Positions 13,116 through 27,681 of a stretch of DNA of 64,000 nt are shown in pieces. Position 1 is the first letter of the stretch; the number at the start of each line of letters is the position of its first letter. A program made the translations under genes and the position numbers. Below the pieces are notes generated by a model. That model did not search any database. It worked only from the letters and a program-made list of their open reading frames with translations, and was not told the DNA's origin. The stretch spans positions 41,170,001-41,234,000 of the forward strand of contig NC_087436.1 in the NCBI RefSeq assembly GCF_036321535.1. The letters are read 5' to 3'. Source of the DNA: Camelus dromedarius. Taxonomy: Eukaryota.

Positions 13116-13594
13116 AAAAATGGTTCACACAACCTAATATTAAATTTTTCAGTCTGTCTTGTTCAATTTGTTTTTCTATTATTTTAATTAGCTTATAGAA
13201 ATAAAGAAACAAAAAGAGAAATTTTATTTGTGAGTTATATTGTTTTAGTCAAAATATCTAACAAACTGAAATTAAATAAAATTATAACAAAAATCAGTCT
13301 TATGAAGTGTAGAAAACTGCTGATTTTCTGAAAGATTTTAGAGACATCTAAAGTTCTATACAGTTCAAATAAGCTCAAAATAAATGCCATGACTTGAAGT
13401 TATTCCCTTATTAAATAAAATACTTATAAATAAGCTAAATTTTTATTTAGAATTGAACTATACATATCATAACATAGTATTTCATATATTAATTGATAAA
13501 ACTGCAAAAACACCCTCCCAATTTGGAAAAAAATACTGATTTTTAAAGAAGATCTAATGTTTTTCTTTTTTAGATATAAAAAATGAAGTTGAAT

Positions 13595-14860
13595 GTTACC
13601 TAACATCATAAACAAAATCAACTCAAAATATTTCAAAAATTTAAATGTAAGATCTAAACAATAAAATTCTTAAGAAAGCAGGAAAAAAGCTTCAAGCCCC
13701 CTGATTTGACAATGATTTCTTGGATGTGACATCAAAAACATAAGCAACAACAACAACAAAAAAAAATAAACACAAGCAAAAAAATAAAAAACAGACAAAC
13801 TGGACATCATGAAAATTAAAAAAAAAAAATTGTGCATCAAGGATATTATTAACACAATGAAAAGGCAACCCACAGACTGGGAGAACATATTTGCAAATCA
13901 TGTATCTGATAACAGATTAATTCTAGAATATATAGAGAAATCCTCAAGTTCAACAACAACAAAAAAACAAACAGCATAATCTAAACATGGGCAAAAATTT
14001 GAATACAGATTTCTCTAAAAAAAAAAAAAAGATATATAAATGGCCGATAAGTACATGAAAAGATACTCAACATCACTAACCATTAGGGAAATGTAAATTA
14101 AACTAGGAGGTGATACCACTTCACACCTACTAGGATAGCTACTATAAAAAGATAAGAAACCCAGAAAACAACAAATGTTGGTAAAGAGGTAAAGAAACTG
14201 GAACCTTCATGCATTGTTGGGAATGTAAAGTAACACAGTCACTGTGTAAAAGAGTATGGCAGTTTTTAAAATATCAAAATTAGAAATACCATATGATTTC
14301 AGCAATTCTACTTCTGCATATAAATCCCAGAGAAATGAAAAGTATGGTTTCAAACAGATATTTGTAAACCCAGCATTATTCACAATAACTAAATGAAGCA
14401 ATCCAAGTGTCCACCAATGGATGAATAGATAAGCAAATGTGGTATATACAAAAAACAGAAAATTATTCAGCCTTAAAAAGAAAGAAAATTCTGCAATATG
14501 CTACAACATAGATGAACTTTGAGGACATAATCCTAAATAAATAATCCAGTCACCAAAAAAGGAAAAAACTATATGATTCCACTTATATGAAAAATTCAGG
14601 GTAGTCAGAATCATAGAGACAGAAAGTAAAATGGTTGTTGCTAGGTTTTGCAGAAAGAGGATGAAATGGGGAGTTATTGTTTAATAGGTATAAGGTTTCT
14701 GTTTCACAAGATGAAAAGAGTAATAGAGATGGATAGTGGTGATGGCTGCACATTATTAATATATTTAATACCAATTACCTGAACACTTTGTACACTTACA
14801 AATGGTTAAGATGGTAAATATTTTATGTTATATGTATTTTACCACAATAAAAATGAGAAA
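13595..14860 (+). mobile_element. L1 (L1MB-like) ORF2 end and 3' UTR
   Basis: aaaggcaacccacagactgggagaa, cactaaccattagggaaatg, ccaagtgtccaccaatggatgaat, gatggatagtggtgatggctgcaca, terminal accacaataaaaa. Confidence 0.9.
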
Positions 14861-15639
14861 AACAGAGTGAAAACAATACATGGAGGATAGAAAGATAGAG
14901 CTCCTTATAGCAATATTTTTTAGTCCCGCATTTTGATTTTAGGAAAATATCCCATATACATTTTTCTCCAACAAATTAAAGGGATCAGTTGGATGCTAGC
15001 ATGTTCAATAATTGAATATTGAGTTATTTTATATTTCTGATTCACCTAAAATTCTCTACAATGATGGAGACTTGTTATCAACTTGCATCTTTGCAAGTCA
15101 TCTGCTTTTGAACCATGTTCTATGAATGTGAAATGAAATCAAGATACCACTTATTATCAACATTGCCTAACTTTGTCATATTTATACATAAGTGCCTGAA
15201 AGAACAATTGCTTTTGATTTCATGGCAACAAATAAAAATAAAGTGGATCTATTATCATTGCACATTTTTCAGGGATTAAATTCTGTATATGACTTCAAAT
15301 ATTTAAACTTGTGATAGCTGTTTGCATTAGCACATGCACATTATCTATCTTAACACAGAAAATACCAGCAACAAATTGTAAGATTTCAGTTAAGTTATAG
15401 AGAAACCTATCCTCTGAGTATTTAGATCAATGTCTTTTAAGGCTAGATTTATGAACTCATCAAATATTTCAGTTTAGCACTTTTGTCACTATTTCATAAG
15501 CCTAATATAAGTATAGAAAGTTTATAAAATTTCTCAACTAAAAAATAACAATGCCCCTAGAACTAAAAAAAATGGCCTAAAGTTGATATGAATTTATCAA
15601 ATATTCAATAAATAGTTGTGAATGAGTACATGGCATTAG

Positions 15640-16240
15640 GCTGCCAGTTACAAAATAAATGAGTCATGGGTAAAAGAAGTACAGAGTGGGGTATACAGTC
15701 AGTAGCTATGTAATATCTTTGTATGGTGACATATAACTAGACTTCTGGTGATTAGTTCAAAATGTGTAGAAACATCAAATCATTATGTTGTGCATATCAA
15801 CACTAACATAGGTCAATTATATTTCAAAAACAATAAAGCAAACAAACAAATTCACAGGAAAAGAAATCAGATTTGTGGTTACCAGAGGCAGGGTGTGGGG
15901 TGAGGGGGAACTGGGTTAAGGCAGTCAAAAGGTATTGCAGACTTGCAGTTATAAAATAAATAAGTACTAAGGAACTAATGTACAACATGATAAATACAAT
16001 TAGTACTGCCATATGTTATATGTGAAAGTTGTTAAAGTAAATCCTGAGTTCTCATCACAAGAAAAATAATTTTTTCCTATTTCTTTATTTTTATATCTGT
16101 ATGAGATGATGGCTGTTCACTAAACTTGCTGTTATAATCACTTCATGATGTATGTAAATGAAATCATTTTGCTGCATGCTTTAAACTTACACAGTGATAT
16201 GTCAATGATATCTCAATAAAATTGGAAGGAAAAAAAAATC
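15640..16240 (+). mobile_element. L1 3' UTR (bipartite Laurasiatherian type), 5'-truncated
   Basis: Similar to 62260-62866 in this window; ends tctcaataaaattggaaggaaaaaaaaa. Confidence 0.85.
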
Positions 16241-16304
16241 CCTAAGCAACAGCACACCATTTACTTTGAAACAGCAGATGGATTTGAATGTTAAAAAATT
16301 AAGA

Positions 16305-16415
16305 TTGTGTTTCTTTTTAATATTTTATTTATACTCATACAAATATGTATACAAGTTGATCAACTGTCACAAACTGAACACACTCAATATAACTACCAAT
16401 CAAATGAAGAGAGAG
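16305..16415 (-). mobile_element. Old L1 (L1ME-like) 3' end fragment
   Basis: tcacaaactgaacacactc..taactacca..tcaa pattern of antisense L1ME tails. Confidence 0.45.
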
Positions 16416-17289
16416 ATTCTCCCCGGCAAGTGCTTAGGCCCAAGGACACGGTTCTTTCTTCCTACATTTGCCGCCACATTTGTCCTACACGGGTGTTGGT
16501 GCCTCAGCCACCTCTGTGTCTAGTACTATATTCCCATCTCCTGCGAAGTGGAGCTGTGGCAGCTGTCAAGTAGTAGAAAGATGTAGGCTGCGATAGTAGG
16601 CAAGAGGAAATCACTTTTTGAAAAGTCTCCTTCCAAATGAATTTCTATTGTTTCTGATTCACTCAAAATGGTATGTCCAATAGCAATGTCATTACTGCCG
16701 ACACCTTTTATTTAACATTAGGAATTCATTAGCCATAGCTATTCCCTTCAGCTGGGGCCACAGAACTTGCTGTCCCATTGTCATAATAGCATCCCTTCCA
16801 CTGCCTACCTAGAGGACGGTGAGCAACAACCAAGGCACCATCTGAGTGCACTATTAAAATCCTACCTTTGCTGCTCAGCCTCTCAACTTTCACTTATAAC
16901 ATGTACATTAAAGTAAGGTAATGTGATTCCATTTAGATAATTAAAAAATACAAGCCACAGCCTGGATCAAATATTTTAAAAGTACATAACTGATAAGAAA
17001 CTAATACACTATTAAACAGTGTTCAGTATTAAAATTTAAAGTGATTATAAAAGTTAGAATTATAGTTTGGTGCACCGATTGCATAATAATCAAATTCTTA
17101 TAAAAGCTCCCATGGTCACCTCTATGGTCACACATTTGCCTTAATCATAGACCAGCGTTAAAGAACTCCACACTTCCCTGACTTCACTCACCTGACTACT
17201 TGTAAAAAAGTGAAAATCTTACATAATATGAATCTTCAGCTGGCCCATAGATACTTCTTAGGGAATAAATAATCTTGGAAACAGTCTCT

Positions 17290-17763
17290 TGAATACTCAG
17301 TTGAACATTGGACCCCAAATGAGATGTATCTGTTTCCTAATCCTTTGAATTTATGAATGTGACTTTATTTGTAAACAGCATTTTGGGTCTAATTAAGTAC
17401 CTTAAAATCATCCTGGATTACTCAAGTACCCTAAATCCAATGATTTTACGGCGCTAAATCTAATGATGTGTCCTTATAAAGATAAAAGAGAAGACACAGG
17501 GAGAAGAGAAGGTAGTATAAGGGATTGGAGTGACACAGCTACAAATCAGTGAATTCCTGAGGCCGCCAGAAGCTGGTAGGAACAAGGAAGGAATACCCTC
17601 TAGAGCCTTCAGAGGGGGTATGGCCTTGGAGAAAAACAAAGTAAAACAAAGCAAAAACCTTGATTTTGGATTTCTGTTCTCCAGACTGTGAGAGAATAAA
17701 TTTGTATTATTTTAAACCTTTAATTTGTAATAATTTGTATGGCAGTCCTAAGAACCTAATACA
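17290..17763 (+). mobile_element. MLT1 (MaLR) solo LTR, MLT1B/C-like
   Basis: gaatgtgactttatttg, ccctaaatccaatga, ccagaagctgg, ctagagccttcagaggg, ctgtgagagaataaattt; ends ctaataca. Confidence 0.9.
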
Positions 17764-19229
17764 GGAGGAAAGACATGAGGATTTAAATAGATGTAGTAGT
17801 CAAGGAAATAGAGAAGAATGGTTAAACTGATGATCAAGACAAACGAGGGGAAATATATTTTATGCTTCCTTTGAGGGAGAAAAAAATAGAGAAAAATAGA
17901 GAAGGAAGAAACAGAACAAGAGGGGATGTACACAGAGAAAGGGCCCATGAGAAATGCTCTGTCGTGGACACTGAAAGTCTTCATCAGGCACGTGTTTCCA
18001 AAGACATCTATGATCTTTCTTAATTTTGCTATGTATCTCCTCTAACGCTTAGTAAATATTGCTACATTCTAATAAAGTATGAAGAGTTTAATGTGTGTGT
18101 AGATTTACAGTAGACTGTGGAAAAGCTACTTGGATATCTGGATTAACAAGAATCAAGGCAGTGACCAGACTAATGGAAACAGGTACCCAGAGTCTGAGGA
18201 GAATTTAAAGATATGATATCTTCAAGAATTTGCAGAAATATTAAGGAGTTTTTATGGATTTCCCTATGATTTGAAATCATTCCAGTTTAACATTCACAGT
18301 ATTACATTATTCTCCTAGTGGTTGTTGATTGTAGCTTTATGATTGGCTAACTACTCTCCCTAAATTAGACCTCTGACTATCTATTTCTGCACTTGCTTGT
18401 CAACTCATTCTGCTAAGAAGGTAAAATAATTAGCTGAAAATAATCTGTAAATTGCATTTAATAATAATTTTACAGTTCTTTTGTTTTAATAAAAATTTGA
18501 GGGGTATGTTTCTAGAATAAAAAACATGACAAGCAAATACATTTTAAAGAATTATGCTTTATTCACATGGTTTATCAATTATTGGTATGTTAAGATTTTT
18601 CCGGCTTACTTAGGCTAGAAAAGAAAAGAAAAAGCCAGAATGGACAACCTCCGTGCAGAGCTGTTCTCTTACACCACAGCCAACAGCATCCTCTGAGATG
18701 CTCCATGGTGTGGCATCTGAGGAGGCCAATCTGACTTGGTAAGACAGTTTTTGGTTTCATTCAGCCCTTTTGCTATCTCATAAAGTTGCTACAAATATAT
18801 AAAGCAGGTTTAGGCAGGAGGCAAGCTGAAGGCCATTACCCTAAAAAAGATTCCACTGATGAAGATTTTTAATATCTATGGATGTTTCCACTTAGTTTTG
18901 TTCCAGAAGAGGCATGAGGGCCCTATCGCTGGCCTTCTAAGGAAGTCAGCACAGTGAGGTAGCCTTGGGGGAAGACATGGCCAGGACACATGCCAAGGAC
19001 ACTAGTCACTAATCAAGCACATTTTTTTCCAACAAAGACTAGGCTACTCACCTTTGAGAACCCCCAAATTAAAGGCTTTTCATGAAGTGAAAAAATCTGA
19101 ATTAAAAGGTCAATTTTTACATTTTCTAAAAATCCAGATAATTCTCAAAAGATACTCAGTTAATGTGCACTTACCTTTTAACAAATGTATTTCATATTAT
19201 TAGGAGAAATTTACTAGCAATATTCTGGG

Positions 19230-21560
19230 TATATCAATAGCTGGTGATACCCTTACTGTATCCATACACACTAACAGCTTTCTAACGAAAGCACGTGTAA
19301 ACTTAGCTGATATGTGAGGTAAGGCGGAAGTCCCAAGGAATTACTGCTCTGGAAACTACCTTTAACTGATGATGAAAGAAACTATGGTATAAGAATGTCT
19401 GCCCCTACAGGCAAATCTGAATCTTGTTCCATATTGTTCGCCAGAGACCATAATAAGAGAGACCATTTCCCATACTGTTAATATGCTCATTAATTTATTT
19501 TGAGTTGATTTTCTTCATTTCTCTTTTTTGTTTCTACACTTCCCTTTTTCATTTGTCTACTCACTTACTGTTGATTCTTCTAGCTAACTCTCAACAAGAC
19601 TGCTTGCACTCTGGGGGAACCCAGACTAAGGTGTTTGGGATTTGATATGCCCCTATGGGTAGAGACCCAGGATGGAACTGTGGCGGCGGATGCACTGCCA
19701 GCACCATGTCAACAACCCTGCTGAGGCTAAGCAGAGTGTGATACCACCCAGCATTTTGTAGGATCAAAATTAGAATGAATTTTACCCGTAGTAGGTTGGT
19801 ACTGGGTACAAATGGAAGGTGCTATATTAGTCTAAGTAGAAGCTCACATGCCTGAGAGATGAAGGCAATGATTATTTTCATGATTGTGGAATTGCTTAGC
19901 TATTATCAACTGTCACAGAAGCTTCAACGCTAAAAAGATCAAACTATAGTCAGGCAACTAACAATTTTGAACACGACATGAGTGAGTGCCAGAGGATTTC
20001 AAAGCAGTATTTAAAATAACTCATATCCTGCAGTGAAAGGACTGACTGTACTATAAATCAGGTCAGAGAATTGATTTTAAGTATGAGTTACAGTGAAAAC
20101 CGAGTTCATGGTCTCTGCAAGTCTCCTACACTGAAGTGAGGAACCTAACAGGAAAGAAGCAGACACTGAAGCAAGGGGTTAAAACATTTTTCTGTATGTG
20201 TTTAAGACATTTAATTCCCAGATAACCTTGAACCTCTGGGTTAGAAGGAGCAGTCCTCTCACGATTTCAAGAAAAAAATATCCTCCCAATATCTGGAGGT
20301 TATTCAGTAGTTTCACTTGAAAAAAATTACCTTACAAGATCATGTCTGCCTGTTGGTCTCTTCAAATCCCCACTTATTGCTTCTAAAACAGTATCTGGGG
20401 TCAAGTTTCAAAATGGCCTAAGGGGCCTTAAGCCTACCAAGAAGAGAAGCATAATTATTTAACAAGAACGTATACGATCTAGCAAATAAATTCAGAAACA
20501 ACCCTGAGGACATGCTTGGAAATGGATTTTGAAAGTGCTAGATCACAGAATGTGGACTGTAAAGCCAAATAAGAAAGATTTCATTGATACCAGGGTATTA
20601 TTAATTCAATTAGTATGCCTTTACAGTTTTTATATTGTGTTGTAATTGCAGCTTGAAACTTGAGAGCAAGGATGGCATATAAGGAAAGAGATGAAAGAGA
20701 ACTGGTGGCATCGCCTACCTATCCATCAGAAATAAGCCAGGCAGAATTACTGCAATGACCAGCAAGGCTGAAACAGCAAGTAGAGATCCTCACTTGTAGG
20801 AATCTGTGGTGATGGCTAATAGACCACAGTAGTCTTAGGGATGAGAAAAAGTGTGTAACCAAATGCAGTTTTTGTTTGCTTGTCTGTTTTATTTATGTAG
20901 CCAAAAAATGCTAACAGTATGTGGGCCAATGGCTAATAGTTAATACTATTATAGAAAACCGTAAAACCAAACTCAGTCTCTAGACCTGAGCCAATTCTCA
21001 GGCTGAGAGCCAGATGATTGAAGAAAAAGACATACTGTTTCTAATAAGGACCCTGCAATACTTCAGGGAGTCTATCGGGTAGCTATTCTGCAAAAGAGAC
21101 CAGACTAATACATATCGAGGACAGTAAATTAACCAGAAACTTCCATGAGCAGAATGAGAATATCTGGACGCTAGGTGATAAATGTTGTCCTAGCCCAGGT
21201 CTAATTCATAATAGGACCACAGAGTCTATAAACCCATCCTGTAGTTATTTCTCCAGTCCCTATGTGAATAATTGGCATGGATTTACTTAAAAGATGGCAA
21301 ACTACCACACTGGTCCCCTTTCACATGGAGTAATAAAAAACTACAGCAGGAAAAGTCAAGTAGAAGCCACTGAAAGTCAAGTCCTGCAGCCAACACAGTA
21401 AATCAAAAACAATGCCATATCCCAAGTAGAATGGAAGGGAGCAGTGCTACCCTTAAAGACCTAAAGAATTCAGAGATACACATTTAATTCACTGGTTTTG
21501 TTCATGAAAATACCAGGAGATCCTGAGAGACAATCATATAGCCCTAATTTTAGAATAAAG
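19230..21560 (+). mobile_element. Decayed ERVL provirus: LTR16-like LTR (~19230-19632) plus gag/pro/start of RT (ERV3-16A3-like)
   Basis: LTR end ctgggggaacccagactaag; protease-region HPVVISPVP near 21235; RT start VNQKQCHIP..ATLKDLK at ~21398-21467. Confidence 0.75.
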
Positions 21561-22379
21561 TATCTGAACTTATTATAATAGGTCAATATAAGATTGAATT
21601 TCTGCCTGAGTCAATCTTTTAAGAAAGGAAAAATTATTTCATGGAAGTTCAAAATGTTAATTATTTTAGTCCGAGTATTGTTAATTGGTAACCTTGAAAC
21701 TATGTGATTTTGTTAAAATTAATTTCATGCTTAGTAATATTGTTAGAAAATTACTTGAATTTATTAAAATAGTAAACTAGTTCATTTTATGAGGTTGAAT
21801 TACTAATCCTGTGGTAGCTAACTTGTTAATTATGTATTTATTATAATTATAAGTTGACTGTAATTAATAATCTGTACTTTCCTCATTAAGAAGATTATTT
21901 CAAATTATCCTAATTTTCATTAGTTCTTCCCAAGTAGTAAATAAATGGAATTAACTGATTAACTTCTAAACTCACCAAGTAATCTTATACTTCTACTTAT
22001 CAGGAACAGCTTTGTATAGACTTTCTTTCTTCTATCTTTCTAACAATGTGTACTGCTAATTTTATCATACATGCTATGTTCAGTTCAGCTGAAGCTACCC
22101 TATGATTTCTCTCCCTAATTCCTACACAAAGGAGTCTCACAACCTGGAACTGCCTTACACACATCTCTGAAATATTTTCTGTGTACTCTATAGGGTACAT
22201 ATTATTATCTCAGTTGTAGCTATAAATATCATATACAATTTTAAAATCCTTTAATAAAATATTATACCTGATCTTCTCTATATTATTTCCAACACTGATA
22301 ACTCTGAGTAACACAGAGCACTCAAATATAATTGTCGATCAATAAAATAAGTAAACTTTCAGCTATTCTAAGAAGAAAT

Positions 22380-24970
22380 AAAGAAAACACTAATAACTAA
22401 TAGAATTGAATTAAAAAGGCCAACAATATTGCTTCCATTGACACTAAAGAATATGAAGAATATGAATAAAAGAATATGATGAACAATTCTATGTCTTGAA
22501 ATATGACAACTTAGATGAAACAGATCAATTTCTTAAAAGCAAAATCTACCAAAATTCACACAATAATACAGAAATCATTTTAAAAGGCCTATATCTATTA
22601 AAGAAACTTAATTGATAATAACTTTCCAAAACAGAAAGTACCAGGTCCAAAAGTTTTCACTTGTGAATTTTACCAACTATTAATGGAAGAAATGATAACG
22701 TTTTTTTGTAATCTGTACCAGAAAATAGAAGCAGAGGGAATATTTCCTCATTCTATGAGGCCAGTATTACTGTAATATCAAAGCCAGACTAAGACGTTAT
22801 AAGAAGGGAAAACTACTGACCAATACCTCTCATGAACATAGATACAAATAGCTTCAACAAAATGTTAGCAAATCAAATCCATTAATGTACAAAGAGGTTA
22901 CATACTAAGACCCATTGAGATATACCCCAGTTATGCAAGAATCGTTTAGCATCTTTTATTAATGTAACCTGTCATATTACAGACTAAAGAACAAAACTCA
23001 CATGCTCGTACCAACAGGTCAGAAAAAGCATCTCACATATTCATGATATGTGTTCTCAACAAATTAGAACCAGACGGGAATTTCCACAACTTGATAGAGA
23101 ATATTGATCAAAAAACCTCTAGATAACATCATCCTTAATAGTGAGAAACTAGAAGCTTTCCCACTGAAATCAGAAACAAAGCAAAGATATACATTCCCAC
23201 CACTCCTAGTCAACACTGTACTAGAAGCCTTATCTAATTGAGTAAGACAAGAAATTAAAACTAAAAGATAAACAGACTGAGAAATAAAGATAAAAGTTTT
23301 TTTTTTCCAGATGACATGATTTTCCATGTAGAAAATCCCAAAGAATCAACCACAAATACCTTAGAAGTAATAATCAATCATAACAAGGATGTTTGTACCA
23401 ATAAAGCTACAGTGATTGAGACAGTGCAGCATTGGTAAAAAGACAAGTAGGTCAAAAGAACAGAGAGGCCAGAAATAGACCCACATAAATATCATCAACT
23501 TATCTTTGACAAATGAGCAAAGACAATACGGTGGAGAAACGACTATATTTTCAACTAAAAGTTCTAAAACAGCTGGACATTCACAAGTAAAAGAAATGAA
23601 TCTAGACATTGACTGTACCACTTTACTAAAATTAACTCAAAATGGCAATAGACCTAAGTGTAAAATACATAAATATACAATTTTTAGACAATAACATGTT
23701 AAGAGAAAATCTAGCTGATCTTTGGTCTGGCAATGAGATTTTAGCTACAACACCTAAAGTACGATTCATTAATTTTTTTTGATATAGGGCTTAATTAGAA
23801 TTAAAACCTTCTGCTCTGTGCAAGACACTGTTAAGGGGATGAAAATACATGCTGCAGACTGGGAGAAAATATTTGCAAAACACCTATGGTTAAAGAGCTT
23901 GTATCCAAAATGTGCAAAGGACTCTTAAAACTCAACAATAAGAAAACATTCAATTAAAAAGTAGTCAAAAGATCTAAACAGACACCTCATCTAAGAAGAC
24001 ATACAGATGGTAAATAAGCATACAAAAAGAAGCTCAACATCTTACGGTCCTGGAGAATTTCAAATTAAAACAACAAGATAACACTAAACAACTTGCTGAG
24101 TATCTAAAATCCAAAACGCTGATAATACTGAATGCTGGCAAAGGTGTGGAACATCAGGAACTTTCATTCATTGTTATTGAAAAAGAAAAATGGTACAGAT
24201 CCTTCAGAAGAAAGTTTAGCAGTTTCTTACAATAGTAAATGTAAGTTTTATCATATGATCCAGCATGCATATGTTGAAATTTGTTGAAAACTTATGTTCA
24301 TTCCAAACCTGTACATTAATTTTCATAGTCACTTTATTGATTATTGCAAAAAACTGAAACAATCTAAGTGTCTCTCAATAAAGGAATGAAAAAAATAAAC
24401 TGTGGTGCATCCCTACAACGGAATCTAATTCAGCAGTAAAAAGAAATGAGCTATTAACCCACAACAAAATATACAGAGTAACCTTAAATTCATATTGCTG
24501 AGTGAAAGAAGCCAAGTCAGAAAAGGTTGTGTACTATATGATTCCAATTGTATGACTTTCTGAAAAAGGCAAAACTATACAGATAGTAAAAGATCAGTGG
24601 TTGTCAGGGGTTCAGGGATAGGGGAAGAAAAGGAGGAATAGGTAGAGTGTGAGGGATATTTAGGGCAGTGAAGTTAATCCTGTATAATACTGTAATGGTG
24701 GATACGTTTCATCATGTATCTTTCAAAATCTATGAAACATACAACATAAAGAATGAACTCTAACTTAAAACCATGGATGTTAATTAATAATAATGTATCA
24801 ATATTGACTCAACACTGTAACAAATGCCCTAAACTAATGGGAGATGTTAATACTGGAGGAAATTGGGATTGTGTGTGATGACGTTTCGGAACTCTGGGTA
24901 ATTTCATTCAATTTTTCTGTAAATTTAAAACTTCTCAAAAACATAGTATCAGTCTATTAATTTTTAAAAA
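22380..24970 (+). mobile_element. L1MC-like ORF2 plus 3' UTR with internal deletion
   Basis: gaacaattctatg, ttctatgaggccag, ttccagatgacatgatt (FADD-like region), long L1MC-type tail ending agtctattaatttttaaaaa. Confidence 0.9.
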
Positions 24971-25059
24971 TGAAATAAGGAAACTTTTGAAAGTGATGGT
25001 TATGCTACTTATGATGGTGGCTGTGGCTTCATGGCTATATAAATATGTCACAATTCAGT

Positions 25060-25590
25060 GATTAAAAAGACATGAGTTATCGAGCCATGAAAAATTCATG
25101 GAAAAATCTTAAATGTGTATTGCTAAGTGAAAGAAGCCAATCTGAGAGGGCCACATACTGTATGATTCCGAGGCTACATACTTTATAATATTCTTAAAAA
25201 GGCAAAACTATTGAAGAGTAAAAATATCAATAGTTGCTAGAGGTTGAGGGGGCAAGAAGGGGGTAATGAACAGGTGGAGTGGAGGGGATTTTCAGAGCAG
25301 TGACAGCACTCTCTATGGTACAGTAATGTCATTATACATTTGACAAAGCCCATAGATGTGTACAATACAAGGAGTGAAACATAAGGTAGTTAATAAGTTA
25401 GTTAATAACAATGTATTAATATCGGCTCAATTGTAACAATTGTACGATATCAATGCAAAATATTAATAATAGGAAAACTAAGAGCAGAGGAAGAGAGAGT
25501 ATATGGAAACTCCCTGATCTTGTTGCTCAGTTTTTCTATAAACCTAAAACTGCTCTGAAAAGTAAAGTTTGTTAATTTTTTTAAAAAGTA
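25060..25590 (+). mobile_element. Second L1MC-like 3' UTR
   Basis: gagccatgaaaa, tgctaagtgaaagaagccaatctga, taaacctaaaactgctct. Confidence 0.85.
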
Positions 25591-27651
25591 TAAAATAGTT
25601 TAATCAAAACAAATCTTGTTTTCATTTGGGTCAAAACTAGACATTTTGTTTTTCATCTTGAATCACAAATGTATTTTTCCATAACTGATTGTGTCAAGGA
25701 TTTTGGAGAGCCCTTCATATCAAACATTAAAGAAAAAATGAACTGTGTTAAGAAATACTGTTTGTTATTTCATTTTTAAATACAGTGAAATCAAATAGTA
25801 TATTGGGTTGTCCTCTTGCAAATTGCTGCACTGGACAGATGGTTTTGCATTATCTGTTACACAGAAATACAAGGCTGGTGACAATTGTGTTCTATATGAA
25901 TGCTTACTCATTTGTGAGAGTAATTTCTGCTGCTTGGCCAGAGCATATCCTCAATCTTCCTGTATATTTGTGACAACATCTGCCTAAAACAACATGTTAA
26001 TATCTGTATTTTTTGCTGGGAAGATACATTCCATGTCATGTCTTCCCAAAGGCAAAATCATATAAGGGGATTTTTAAAATGACTTCAAGGGATGATTCTC
26101 TAAATGTTCTTTTTGCACAAAATGTAAAATCTTACTCAGTACTAATTTTGCTTTGCTAGTGTATGTTCCTAACAGTTAACTTGGAAAAAGTAATTTCTAT
26201 TTGATGCAGCATTGAAATACAGAATCAGTGCATCAGCATGATTATTTATCTAAATATTATGCTTTATGGATAGGAAAAATCTTGAGTAGATGATAACATT
26301 TCATACAGTAAACATTTAAAAGATGCACATATTTTGTGCTTATTCTAAAGGGGGAACACAATACATTGTGCTTAATACTTTTGACAAATGCTGATTTGTA
26401 CAATTTTTACAACTCCCTGAATTAAATTCACTTAAATAATATATTGAGAATTTTTGTTTTGTTATGCACTAGTGTTTTCTTTTAGGTTGAATATTATCAT
26501 GTGCTTTGGTTTTGTTTCAATTCTTCCTTCTATGTTAATCTTCCTTAAATAATAATTACTAAGGCAACAGACAAATGCATTTAATATGGTGCTTGAATCA
26601 GACGTAGTGGCGATAAATGGAAGGTTACAAGAGTTATTTACCCACTTTTCTCTGTTTCTCATTAGTCTAGGGTTATTTTTCTTTTTTCTGGTGTTTTCTT
26701 TAGCAGCTTTTCAAGATTATGTAATTGGCTGCTTGAAGTCAAAAGTATAGCAAAGTCCACTCTTTGTGTTCAGTTTTACATTCATATGCTTCATCAAAGA
26801 AGTAAATATACTCAAATTTCTTAGAAAATTCCAAATTAATTTTTTGTGAGAATTATTAAAAATTTGGCATAGCACAGGAAATTACAAAAAGTTCTAATTC
26901 ATGTTGCTTAAACTGTTTTCTAAATCTCCTAACTTTTGCCTGCCTTTGCTTTTGCACAGATTCTGTTCATATACCAATAATACGATTACAAGAACATCAA
27001 AGAAAGACAAATATGCTAACTGAATGTTTTAATTAACTTTTAATCAGATAACAATCAAGAGCTTTGTAACAGTGGCATTCTTAGGTTATCAGATAGTTCC
27101 CCCAAATTCATTTCTGTAAAATTCATGGCAATAAATTTTAATCTTTCAATACTCTAAACATAGCTACATGATGAGCTTGAAAATCTAACAGAGATCTTAT
27201 TTTACTAAGACATAAGATTTTATGCTCATCAATAAGAGCAACCCTTATCATGCAGGGATGTTTTCTTTGGATCATTGGAAATCACAGGTCACTTAGGAGT
27301 TGAATTAGCAGCTACCAGATGTAGGAATCCTCTTCTGGTAATGAATATTAAGGCAAATTCGTATCTTGAGCCATAATGAAATTAATTTGTTTCTGTAGGG
27401 GGACTGGTAAAGAAACAACAATAAGTATGGGTGGAGAGTGGAAAAAAGTAAAAATCCGAAGAGTAAGAGGACAAATATTCTCTGTAATTCAAATATAGTC
27501 AAATTACATTATTAGACATTTAAGTAGACAATGCATTACAATATATCATCTGAAATTTGTTTAAATGTTTTTTTATTTTACTGTATTAAGAATTCAGATA
27601 TAGACTCATAAAGAAAATAGAACTTCTTACAAATTTTAGTATCCCTGTTAA

Positions 27652-27671
27652 TTAGGGTTAGAGTTAGGGTT
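27652..27671 (+). repeat. Short interstitial telomere-like array TTAGGG TTAGAG TTAGGG TT
   Basis: Direct reading; three in-register hexamers with one mismatch. Confidence 0.7.
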
Positions 27672-27681
27672 GCCATGGAAT

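Noticed and set aside
27638..27657. Partial resemblance to an I-SceI site (ccctgtta)
   Set aside because: Only about 8 of 18 bases match contiguously; no sign of engineering.
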